Positions 8,442-15,665 of a DNA stretch of 64,000 nt are shown piece after piece. The DNA lies in IMG/VR virus record IMGVR_UViG_3300033182_000538, positions 32,001 to 96,000 of that record; one strand, 5' to 3'. The translations under genes and the position numbers were made by a program. The notes under the pieces were generated by a model. That model ran no database searches, was not told the DNA's origin, and worked only from the letters and a program-made list of their open reading frames with translations. This DNA comes from a virus. Numbering within the stretch: position 1 is the stretch's first letter; the number at the start of each line of letters is the position of its first letter.

Positions 8442-10546
8442 ACTTCAAACTTTTTGTTCAAAGTCTTAGCGAGTAGAGTCATATTGTTGGTATCAATAAA
8501 CTCAGCATCCTTACCATACATTTTCTTGAACTGGTCGATTCCCCAATCCATACCACTATCAGAGACAAAGTAAGACAACACTTTGACGCCTGATTGTTTC
8601 ATCTTCTTAACTTGAGCAGCCGTATGTTCACAAGCTTGTTGACCACTATATGAGATTTGACTATTGTCGAAACCTGGCCACCCATCTGAGAAGTTGATGA
8701 GGTAAGTATCAGTACCATTCTTAGTTTTGGTAATCTCCTTCATCACAGCCTCATAACACAATCCTTCAGGAGTAGTACCATCGAAAGTGATGTACTTGAA
8801 CAATTGTTGAATCTTAGCAAACTTATCTTTTCGAGAATCATAAGCCACCAACATCAATGGTTGACAATTACTCCAATTACCAGCCGAGTAGTAGACACCT
8901 CGATAAGAAATCACAACATCAATGTTTTGAGTCATCGAAGCCGCCTTAGCGATAGCGACAGCAGCCGTTTGAGTGTTGTTCCATTTCTTACCACTCATTG
9001 AAGAACTGGCATCAATTGAAATGTGGAGGAGAACTGGAGTAGACTTGTTGACCAAGGTTTGTTCGAAGATGTTGAAGTTACCAAACCCAATCTCGTGAAT
9101 CATACTGCCGGTCAACTTACCACTCTTCATTCGTGGAGTTGTTAGAACTCGTTCCTCGTTTCGAGTCTTGAGTTTCTTACCAAGAAGAGTTCCCAACTGA
9201 ATACCTTTCTTGATATATTCGTTAGCTTTGTCAACTCTCCACTCGTGAGTACACAACATACCAACCAAGCCAGAGTTAATCAGACCTTTGTTCAAATTAT
9301 TGATTACATATGTCTGAACACCTTTTGAACCAAGAGACCAACTCGATTGACCAAAACCCTTACCAGTTACTTCAGACTTGATATCAGCTTTGTCAAGTTG
9401 GTCAATCTTATTTTTGTCAGCCTTAGAAAGTTTCTTCTTCTTAATCTCACCATCCATAAACTCTTCTTGTTTCTTGATAGCGTTATCCAACATTTTCTTT
9501 TGTCGGTCTGACAATGGTTGATACTGACCACCAGCCCCATTAGGATTACTCATCCCACTTGGAACACCACCTTTGTCGGTAGTTTCTTCAGACTCTTGAC
9601 CACCCTCAGCGTCACTCTTAGAAGTATCTCCACTACCTTGAGAAGACATACCACCACCACTTTGTTGGTCGTTAGTGTCACCAGTCATCGGTGAGTTACC
9701 ATTTTGGTTACCACCTTCTTGTTGGTCACTCTCATTGTCTGAAGATGATTTACCATTTTGAGAAGATGATATTTCAAGATTCTTTTCAACAACCATCAAA
9801 ATCTGACCAGCCACATCAAGTGCATCCCAAGATGATTTTAGTCGTGAAATGTTACCAAGGTCAAGAATCTTCCAAATCTCACGAAGACCTTTCAAAGCGT
9901 TGAGGTCACGATTCTTATTGGTCAAGTTGATGATGCGGAACATATAAGAGTCCCAATCCTCAGTACGATACTCAGAAGACTGAAGACCTTTGTCGATTAA
10001 CTTAGAGTGGAAGTACTTATCGTACATCGACTCGTAGTAACCACGATAGCCAGGAGCCGAAGCGTAAATGTGGTTATCAATTCTTCGGTCTTCAACATAG
10101 TTAAATAGTGACTTCAACTTATCAGAAATAATAAGCGGAAGTTCATTGTACAAACATTGATATCGTTGAGTCATCCAATCCGTATCAATAGTAGATGGGA
10201 TGAATCCGTGTTTCATTTTTGTTAAGGTTTCAAAATCGGTCAATGCGATGTGAGACCCCTCGTGGAGAGCCAGACCAACAACAGGGTCAAACTCTTTATC
10301 ATCCAACTTAGCCGAGATAACCACTTGGTTACCATCGGTATAAGAATCATCACCACGACCATCAAAGGTCACAGGAATACTCTTACCAGTTACGATAGAA
10401 ACGAAGTTACCGATGCTTCTCTTATAAGACATCAACTTCATTAGGTCATTTGACTTTTTCTCGACAATTGTCAAGTCATCGTTTTCCTCATCCCAAATGG
10501 ATTTGTCAAGCCAGAACGATGAATAGGACATTGATTTTTTACTCAT
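8432..10546 (-). CDS. VWA-domain protein with N-terminal HExxH metallopeptidase-like domain (CobT-like partner of the AAA+ ATPase)
   Basis: LALHEGSH and NYVEDRRID in the N-terminal part; S/G/Q-rich linker; MIDAS motif IDASSSM, GTTPEG and NFSDG. Confidence 0.85.
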   Translation of the reverse strand: MSKKSMSYSSFWLDKSIWDEENDDLTIVEKKSNDLMKLMSYKRSIGNFVSIVTGKSIPVTFDGRGDDSYTDGNQVVISAKLDDKEFDPVVGLALHEGSHIALTDFETLTKMKHGFIPSTIDTDWMTQRYQCLYNELPLIISDKLKSLFNYVEDRRIDNHIYASAPGYRGYYESMYDKYFHSKLIDKGLQSSEYRTEDWDSYMFRIINLTNKNRDLNALKGLREIWKILDLGNISRLKSSWDALDVAGQILMVVEKNLEISSSQNGKSSSDNESDQQEGGNQNGNSPMTGDTNDQQSGGGMSSQGSGDTSKSDAEGGQESEETTDKGGVPSGMSNPNGAGGQYQPLSDRQKKMLDNAIKKQEEFMDGEIKKKKLSKADKNKIDQLDKADIKSEVTGKGFGQSSWSLGSKGVQTYVINNLNKGLINSGLVGMLCTHEWRVDKANEYIKKGIQLGTLLGKKLKTRNEERVLTTPRMKSGKLTGSMIHEIGFGNFNIFEQTLVNKSTPVLLHISIDASSSMSGKKWNNTQTAAVAIAKAASMTQNIDVVISYRGVYYSAGNWSNCQPLMLVAYDSRKDKFAKIQQLFKYITFDGTTPEGLCYEAVMKEITKTKNGTDTYLINFSDGWPGFDNSQISYSGQQACEHTAAQVKKMKQSGVKVLSYFVSDSGMDWGIDQFKKMYGKDAEFIDTNNMTLLAKTLNKKFEVKI

Positions 10547-10563
10547 ATCTCTTAATCTTACAC

Positions 10564-10627
10564 TACTAAAGTACGAATAATTTTTGATACTTCCAAATTT
10601 CTAATGTTAAGAAATTGTTAAATCTTT
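10564..10627 (-). repeat. 64-bp TTAACA-box promoter repeat
   Basis: Identical to 8378..8441; near-identical to 21218..21297. Confidence 0.9.
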
Positions 10628-10774
10628 TTTGTGTTTCTCTTTACGAGAATACGTTTTCTTGCTTTTGTGAGTCTTCGCAGTAGTCTTCTTACCAATATGA
10701 TGTGCTGCTTCACCACGAGTCCACTGCCCGTTGAAGTCAAGTTTTTCTTGGTATGTCTTTTTCTTCTTTCCCAT
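10607..10774 (-). CDS. Small very basic protein (55 aa, below the ORF-track cutoff)
   Basis: MGKKKKTYQEKLDFNGQWTRGEAAHHIGKKTTAKTHKSKKTYSRKEKHKKDLTIS, with its own promoter at 10785-10853. Confidence 0.55.
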   Translation of the reverse strand: MGKKKKTYQEKLDFNGQWTRGEAAHHIGKKTTAKTHKSKKTYSRKEKHKKDLTIS

Positions 10775-10784
10775 CACAAATACA

Positions 10785-10853
10785 TACTAATGTAATGAAA
10801 AAAGCTTAGACTGCCAAATTCTAAATGTTAAAAAAATGTTAAAAAAATGTTAA
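10785..10853 (-). promoter_or_regulatory. Promoter with three TTAACA boxes at 11-bp period
   Basis: tgttaa at 10826, 10837 and 10848; TTTG...TACATTAG downstream on the minus strand. Confidence 0.65.
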
Positions 10854-11161
10854 AGTTTTCCTTCGGAGCGAAGTTGATTTCGAATCTTAGTAGCGGATAT
10901 TTCCTTAATTTCTTGCGGAGGAACGTGTTCGTTTATATGATAACCAACACCTCTACCATAATTTACTGATTCAATGTCTGGTATAATCATTAACTTTATT
11001 CTACCTTCCTTAGAGTAGTCAGTATTATTAAATATACTTCTCATCTCATCACCATCAATGTGTTGTACAACTCGGTGATTGTTGTACTCTAAGTGTTCTT
11101 TCAATGCTCTTGCCAACGTAGTCTTTCCAGCACCAGGTTGACCATAAAACCAATATATCAT
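10850..11161 (-). pseudogene. Chimeric ORF: APS kinase (CysC) N-terminus fused to a cytidylyltransferase C-terminus
   Basis: WFYGQPGAGKTTLA...IDGDEMR...DYSKEGR (CysC) runs straight into IIPDIESVNYGRGVGY...EISATKIR (HIGH-family C-terminal ISAT motif). Only 103 aa. Confidence 0.6.
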
Positions 11162-11163
11162 AA

Positions 11164-11451
11164 TTAAAATGGTGGTTCTAATAACCACTCCTTAATGTCT
11201 TCCTTTACAGATTTATCTTTTTGAAACTCCCAAGCTACATCCCATTCTTGGCGTAGATACTTTCTATGATGTTCTAACAATTCATCACCACGTTCAAGGT
11301 AAGATACAATACCTTTTATTACAGCGTATATTTTTGTTTTACGAGATTCTTCGTGAGTTGAATTATCAATAAGTTGATACATCACCAATACGATTTCCGC
11401 TGGTGATTTCTTGTTCCATAATTCTTTAACACGTTTAGCTTTAGTTGTCAT
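11164..11451 (-). CDS. Hypothetical protein
   Basis: ORF tiles with its neighbours. Confidence 0.55.
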   Translation of the reverse strand: MTTKAKRVKELWNKKSPAEIVLVMYQLIDNSTHEESRKTKIYAVIKGIVSYLERGDELLEHHRKYLRQEWDVAWEFQKDKSVKEDIKEWLLEPPF

Positions 11452-12073
11452 TTAACCACGAATCTAATTCATCTATTTGTATTAACCCAAGGTCTTCTTC
11501 ACGATTAGCATCCATAATATTAAACTCATAAAATGGATTATGATTCTCTACAAGTTTAGTATCGAGAGATTCATTTTGTTTAACGATACCAATACCCCAA
11601 TCAGTATCAACAACACACACTCTTAAATCAGTCCTTCGTGTTCTTAGATTGTATATCGCTTTCCAAACAGTACCATTCCAAGGTTCGTAATGACCATTTA
11701 CCAGATAATCCTCTCGTGCCATATGACTTGTTGGTGGATTACAATCGTGTAATAGAATATAACCATTTGGATTTAAAAACTTCAAGGAATTCTCAATGTC
11801 CTTTTTTACTTGATACGATTTATGTAATCCATCAATAAAAACTACATCATACGTTCTGTTAGGGTCATTCTTTTCTAACCATACAAAGAACTCATCAGAA
11901 GTCATTTTGTATTCAACAGGATTCTCTTCAAACTCCACACCGGGGTCTACACCGTGTTTAATTTCACAATCTACTAAATCAAAACAATGTCGTGGGTCAC
12001 ACACTCCGATTTCAAGGTAACGTGTAAACTCGTTCTCACTAATTATCTTATTGATGATGTCGTATCTAAACAT
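11441..12073 (-). CDS. Class I SAM-dependent methyltransferase (Methyltransf_24-like)
   Basis: YLEIGV, GVDP, YDVVFIDGLH and GYILLHDC motifs. Start reset to MFRYD because the longer ORF overlaps tRNA-Gly. Confidence 0.85.
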   Translation of the reverse strand: MFRYDIINKIISENEFTRYLEIGVCDPRHCFDLVDCEIKHGVDPGVEFEENPVEYKMTSDEFFVWLEKNDPNRTYDVVFIDGLHKSYQVKKDIENSLKFLNPNGYILLHDCNPPTSHMAREDYLVNGHYEPWNGTVWKAIYNLRTRRTDLRVCVVDTDWGIGIVKQNESLDTKLVENHNPFYEFNIMDANREEDLGLIQIDELDSWLNDN

Positions 12074-12088
12074 ACTTTTGGACTTTTG

Positions 12089-12161
12089 AGCGAAAGACCG
12101 GGTTCGAACCGGCGACCCTAACCTTGGCAAGGTTATGCTCTACCAACTGAGCTACTTTCGC
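12089..12161 (-). tRNA. tRNA-Gly (anticodon GCC), canonical
   Basis: GCGAAAG TA GCTC AGTTGGTA GAGC A TAACC TT-GCC-AA GGTTA GGGTC GCCGG TTCGAAC CCGGT CTTTCGC T. Confidence 0.95.
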
Positions 12162-12166
12162 AAAAT

Positions 12167-12244
12167 GAGGATAGACATTTGCAACTATCTACCCTCGTAA
12201 AAGACTTACCCTGGTACGCTAATCTAACGAAAAGCGTGGTAAGT
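12167..12244 (-). ncRNA. Candidate structured RNA between tRNAs (two hairpins, possible pseudoknot)
   Basis: ACTTACC/GGTAAGT encloses ACGCT/AGCGT, followed by a GAGGGTAGATA/TGTCTATCCTC hairpin. Confidence 0.4.
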
Positions 12245-12251
12245 ACTGTTG

Positions 12252-12323
12252 AGCGGAGAGGTGGCTCTGCCCCACCATCTTCGTACTGGAAGTACAACGA
12301 GTTTCTCTTAACTCCTCCCCCGC
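12252..12323 (-). tRNA. Non-canonical tRNA-Gly(TCC)-like RNA, copy B
   Basis: GCGGGGG AG GAGT TAAGAGAA ACTC G TTGTA CT-TCC-AG TACGA AGAT GGTGG GGCAGAG CCACC TCTCCGC T. Full cloverleaf with an atypical core. Confidence 0.8.
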
Positions 12324-12329
12324 ATTGTT

Positions 12330-12415
12330 AGGTAGTAATAGCCGGTAACCCATACTTTAGGCAAGGCCTTTAGCAATCGATGTAACGGCTTTATCCACAC
12401 CTTTAATTACTACCT
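12330..12415 (-). ncRNA. Candidate structured RNA (~86 nt) between the two atypical tRNAs
   Basis: Perfect 10-bp closing stem AGGTAGTAAT/ATTACTACCT, stacked AGCCG/CGGCT, and an inner AGGC-CTT-GCCT hairpin. Confidence 0.45.
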
Positions 12416-12418
12416 TTG

Positions 12419-12490
12419 AGCGGGAGGTTGGTACTGCCCCAACACCTCCTATCTGGATGATAGGCGACTTTCTTTTAAGTCTTCTCCCGC
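12419..12490 (-). tRNA. Non-canonical tRNA-Gly(TCC)-like RNA, copy A
   Basis: GCGGGAG AA GACT TAAAAGAA AGTC G CCTAT CA-TCC-AG ATAGG AGGT GTTGG GGCAGTA CCAAC CTCCCGC T. All four stems are perfectly paired. Confidence 0.8.
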
Positions 12491-12496
12491 ATTTAG

Positions 12497-12581
12497 CAGA
12501 GGAAGAGGGATTCGAACCCCCGGTACCTTTCGGTACGCTGGTTTTCAAGACCAGTCCATTCGACCACTCTGGCATTCCTCT
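12497..12581 (-). tRNA. tRNA-Ser (anticodon TGA)
   Basis: AGAGGAA acceptor stem, CTGGT CT-TGA-AA ACCAG, long variable arm GTACC GAAA GGTAC, TTCGAAT T-loop, G73. Confidence 0.93.
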
Positions 12582-12588
12582 AACTGAA

Positions 12589-12846
12589 TTACCCTTTTAG
12601 TAATTCCTTATCGTTATCATCAAACCCCCCATACTCATCACCAAAGTTATCACGAAGTGTGTGTAGTCTGCCAGTAGCTGATTCTAACTGACCTAACAAC
12701 TTATCAATCTCTTCAGTATGTTGTGGGTGTTCTCCGATTGCCACGGGTGATTCAAAGTATACGGATAGTCTTGCTCTAGCATCCATAATGTCTGCTGTAT
12801 ACTTAGCTTCTAACGCTTGAAATAGTCTTCTCGAAATTTTACTCAT
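12589..12846 (-). CDS. Conserved-type phage hypothetical protein
   Basis: [10 protein letters not shown]...[10 protein letters not shown] pattern, recalled from myophage small proteins. Confidence 0.6.
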   Translation of the reverse strand: MSKISRRLFQALEAKYTADIMDARARLSVYFESPVAIGEHPQHTEEIDKLLGQLESATGRLHTLRDNFGDEYGGFDDNDKELLKG

Positions 12847-12910
12847 AACTTTACAATTTAGTCTTATATAAATAGTTTATTCAAATTTAATAAACATAGT
12901 ACTTTATTTG

Positions 12911-12982
12911 TACCTCCACCTGGACTCGAACCAGGAATAGAGCTTTAGAAGAGCCCGGTTATATCCCTTTAACTATGGAGGC
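12911..12982 (-). tRNA. tRNA-Arg (anticodon TCT)
   Basis: GCCTCCA TA GTTA AAGGGATA TAAC C GGGCT CT-TCT-AA AGCTC...CCTGG TTCGAGT CCAGG TGGAGGT A. Confidence 0.92.
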
Positions 12983-12990
12983 ATACTCGT

Positions 12991-13013
12991 ATATCCAGCT
13001 GAGCTACGGGTTC
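12991..13013 (-). pseudogene. 5' remnant of a deleted tRNA gene
   Basis: GAACCCG TA GCTC AGCTGGATA gives the acceptor 5' strand plus the D-arm start, then breaks off. Confidence 0.55.
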
Positions 13014-13021
13014 ATATCTTG

Positions 13022-13107
13022 TACCAGAGGCCGGACTCGAACCGGCACGAACATTACTGTTCAAGGGATTTTAAGTCCCTCGTGTCTACCTATTTCACCA
13101 CTCTGGC
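13022..13107 (-). tRNA. tRNA-Leu (anticodon TAA)
   Basis: GCCAGAG...AGGGA CT-TAA-AA TCCCT, long variable arm, GCCGG TTCGAGT CCGGC CTCTGGT A. Confidence 0.93.
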
Positions 13108-13118
13108 ATAACTTAGGA

Positions 13119-13153
13119 TACAAATATACGAAAGAAAAATTTAAGAACCAAAC
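13119..13153 (-). promoter_or_regulatory. Bacteroidota sigmaA-type promoter of the tRNA cluster
   Basis: Minus strand TTTG-gttcttaaatttttctttcg-TATATTTG matches TTTG-N20-TAnnTTTG exactly. Confidence 0.7.
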
Positions 13154-13157
13154 ACCT

Positions 13158-13538
13158 TTACCAATTGTTTTCGTATTGGCCATTTGCTTTTACTTCAAAC
13201 CCACCATACTTAGTCCACTCTGGGTTTGGTACACCTACTTGAATCCAAGACTCTTCACCTTTGTTACGAGAATCAAAGAACGCTTCCATATCGTACACCT
13301 CTTCCATACACAACTCGTATACCTCATCTTTACCATATACTTCTATGTTGGTTTCATTATCGTAGAAGTCATAGTTCATATACACATTATCAAATAGGTA
13401 TTGTGCCAACTCCTCATCCGAGTTACCCTCGTATGGTGGTTCACACTTACGAAGTGCCTCTACATTAACCTCAATCGGTTCACTTGCTGCTGAGATTGTC
13501 CAAGTCTCTACTTTACGGACATACACCTTTTCAGACAT
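13158..13538 (-). CDS. Acidic hypothetical protein
   Basis: ORF on the coding strand. Confidence 0.6.
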   Translation of the reverse strand: MSEKVYVRKVETWTISAASEPIEVNVEALRKCEPPYEGNSDEELAQYLFDNVYMNYDFYDNETNIEVYGKDEVYELCMEEVYDMEAFFDSRNKGEESWIQVGVPNPEWTKYGGFEVKANGQYENNW

Positions 13539-13541
13539 ATC

Positions 13542-13859
13542 TTAGTACTTATTTAATTGTTGTTTTATTTTTACTTCAAGGTCAGAATCAGTTATGTATG
13601 GTAAGACCTCATTTAATAAATTCTGAATAGACTCTTTACTCTTTCGTTTTGCGTGTATACGATTTTCCTTCTCAACCATATACAACTTAAAAGCAATCTC
13701 ATCAGTATCTCTTAGTTTGTTTTCATACTTTGAAATACGACTATCTACAATACGATTACTCGTTGAGGTGTTATGTGGTACATAACCTTTGTAAAGTTCA
13801 TCCAATCTACCTTTAAGGTATTGGATTTCCATCAACTTATTGATTTCATTATCAGTCAT
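13542..13859 (-). CDS. Hypothetical protein
   Basis: ORF tiles with its neighbours. Confidence 0.6.
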   Translation of the reverse strand: MTDNEINKLMEIQYLKGRLDELYKGYVPHNTSTSNRIVDSRISKYENKLRDTDEIAFKLYMVEKENRIHAKRKSKESIQNLLNEVLPYITDSDLEVKIKQQLNKY

Positions 13860-14598
13860 TGGTTGGTTGTGTTAATGAGTTATTAAACATTTCAGTTCTT
13901 AATTGTTCTACTACTTGTTTATTTAATGAGAAAGCATTTATGTCTTTCACGAATATGTTATTTAATTCCTCTCTTGGTGTCCAACTATATAGCGCGGGCA
14001 GAAACTCATCGACAGGAAACAACATCTTTTTATAAACAGGTAAATGGTTTTCTATAATTTTTTTGATACCACTCTTACTCAACATATATCCGTGAGTTTG
14101 ATACGAGTAGCCAGGAATACATAAGTTATCATTTAATGGTTTATCAACCACTCCTCGGAAACCATCTTGAATCAATCTACCAAGATATAACAAATCGTAG
14201 TTTAGTGTTTGTGCTTCTTTTACGATATCCCAATCCATATCATTTACTTTGGTGATATCATCCTCATAAATCAAAATGTTTTCGTATCCATTTTTATATG
14301 CGTCTTCCCATATACCAATATGAGATAAAGCACATCCAACTTCACCAACAGTTACATCTCTATGCCAGAATCGGTTTTCATCATCTGATAGTTTAACTAC
14401 ATTGGTGTCAAGATTCCAATCCTTATAAATCTTATAACCATTCTCAGGCAGATAACTATCTTCTAAAAGATATCCATTAACACCAACAAACTCGTATGGA
14501 ATTTCGTGTGGTAGTCCGACACGGTTTACCTCTTCCAAAACTCGATTGATGTTCTCTTGAGTTAAATCGATTGATACAATATATAACTTATCTATCAT
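13852..14598 (-). CDS. Glycosyltransferase family 25
   Basis: GEVGCALSH, ILIYEDD, YDLLYLGR, THGYMLS and PVDEFL motifs. Confidence 0.88.
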   Translation of the reverse strand: MIDKLYIVSIDLTQENINRVLEEVNRVGLPHEIPYEFVGVNGYLLEDSYLPENGYKIYKDWNLDTNVVKLSDDENRFWHRDVTVGEVGCALSHIGIWEDAYKNGYENILIYEDDITKVNDMDWDIVKEAQTLNYDLLYLGRLIQDGFRGVVDKPLNDNLCIPGYSYQTHGYMLSKSGIKKIIENHLPVYKKMLFPVDEFLPALYSWTPREELNNIFVKDINAFSLNKQVVEQLRTEMFNNSLTQPTND

Positions 14599-14753
14599 AC
14601 TTTAATACTCCGTAAATATTTAAAAAACTTTTTAACGACAATTGTTTAATCTTAGAAAACTTCTTAGCAGCACCCAAACGACTTACAGCGTAAGTTTTAC
14701 TGATAGGTTCTTCAGTACTATCATTTTTTGAATAAAAGAAGAATTGTCTCATA

Positions 14754-15083
14754 TTAGTTTTTACGTTTTAGTTCAGTAATTAAATCAACAACGAAGTCAC
14801 CTGCGTATACTTTACCAGCAATATTCCAAGTAGACAACATTGTAGTGGTATATGTCTCATCATATGTTTTCCAATCATACAAAGTGAACACAGCGTTATC
14901 AGACTTTCTAATAAACACCCATTCTTTTTGTATTTTGTTGTCACCACTTGGTGTATCAAATGTAGGATTGCCAAAAGCGGCTACAAGTTGTTTGTAGTTC
15001 CAACCCACCAACCTATCTTTTAGAGATGTTCCTCCAATGTGTTTTAGGGCTTCTTCCTTATTAACTAGCTTTTTATATTTCAT
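14754..15083 (-). CDS. Conserved-type phage hypothetical protein
   Basis: GTSL...YKQLVAAFGNP...K..EW...FTLYDWK pattern. Confidence 0.6.
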   Translation of the reverse strand: MKYKKLVNKEEALKHIGGTSLKDRLVGWNYKQLVAAFGNPTFDTPSGDNKIQKEWVFIRKSDNAVFTLYDWKTYDETYTTTMLSTWNIAGKVYAGDFVVDLITELKRKN

Positions 15084-15160
15084 AATTCTTAATTTACGAT
15101 ATCAATATACGAAAAATATTTGAGATATCAAAATTATTTTTGTTAAATTATCCAGCATTC

Positions 15161-15535
15161 TCATTTGTTCTTAAAGTACTTGATTAGGATATGACCCATT
15201 TTATAGTTTGTAGCAAGTGGTACATCGTGTACATCACACAATCTCATTAACATAGATACATCCACTTCGTGTGGGTGTTTCCCAAGTGGGTCTCTAAAGA
15301 ATACTACTCCATCAATCTTTCCACGAGTTACCATAGCAGCAATCTCAGCATCTCCACCAAGAGGGCCGGAGTGTACTTGTTCAACCTTGTCAACGCCAGC
15401 GTGTTTGATTCGTTCACCAGTAGTACCAGTTGTTACAATCTCTACATCTTCTCTATTAAAAAATTCCAATCGTTTCATAACGAAAGCAACCATATCTGCT
15501 TTCTTACCATCGTGTGCGATTAATGCTAACTTCAT
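15161..15535 (-). CDS. mgsA: Methylglyoxal synthase
   Basis: ALIAHDGKK, TGTTG, SGPLGGD, FFRDPL, PHEVDV and PLATN motifs. Confidence 0.95.
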   Translation of the reverse strand: MKLALIAHDGKKADMVAFVMKRLEFFNREDVEIVTTGTTGERIKHAGVDKVEQVHSGPLGGDAEIAAMVTRGKIDGVVFFRDPLGKHPHEVDVSMLMRLCDVHDVPLATNYKMGHILIKYFKNK

Positions 15536-15665
15536 ATACTAAAACTTATTCCTCGGTTTAACCATCCAATAATTAATTCTAAATCACCATTCAAGGCTCT
15601 ATCGTGAGTGATTTTAACAAATGGGATAATATAAATTTGGTCACATACTTTAAATGTATTTATAC

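Noticed and set aside
7072-10546. Cobalamin biosynthesis (cobS/cobT)
   Set aside because: There is no cobN or other cob gene; the architecture fits a generic phage MoxR/VWA pair.
12391-12399. Perfect DnaA box TTATCCACA in the tRNA spacer
   Set aside because: It is a single isolated 9-mer inside a probable RNA element and is most likely chance.
12167-12415. Spacer RNAs as hammerhead, twister or HDV-like/theta ribozymes
   Set aside because: I could not find CUGAnGA/GAAA or a convincing nested double pseudoknot by eye. They are left as unclassified structured RNA.
12252-12490. Atypical tRNAs as decayed pseudogenes
   Set aside because: The stems remain paired despite divergence, and both copies share the same loop substitutions, which random decay would not produce. 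This is not formally excluded without homologs.
12357-12575. 72-aa ORF
   Set aside because: It overlaps tRNA-Ser and the atypical tRNA and is spurious. The same applies to 12975..13397 and the 5' extension of 11441..12130.
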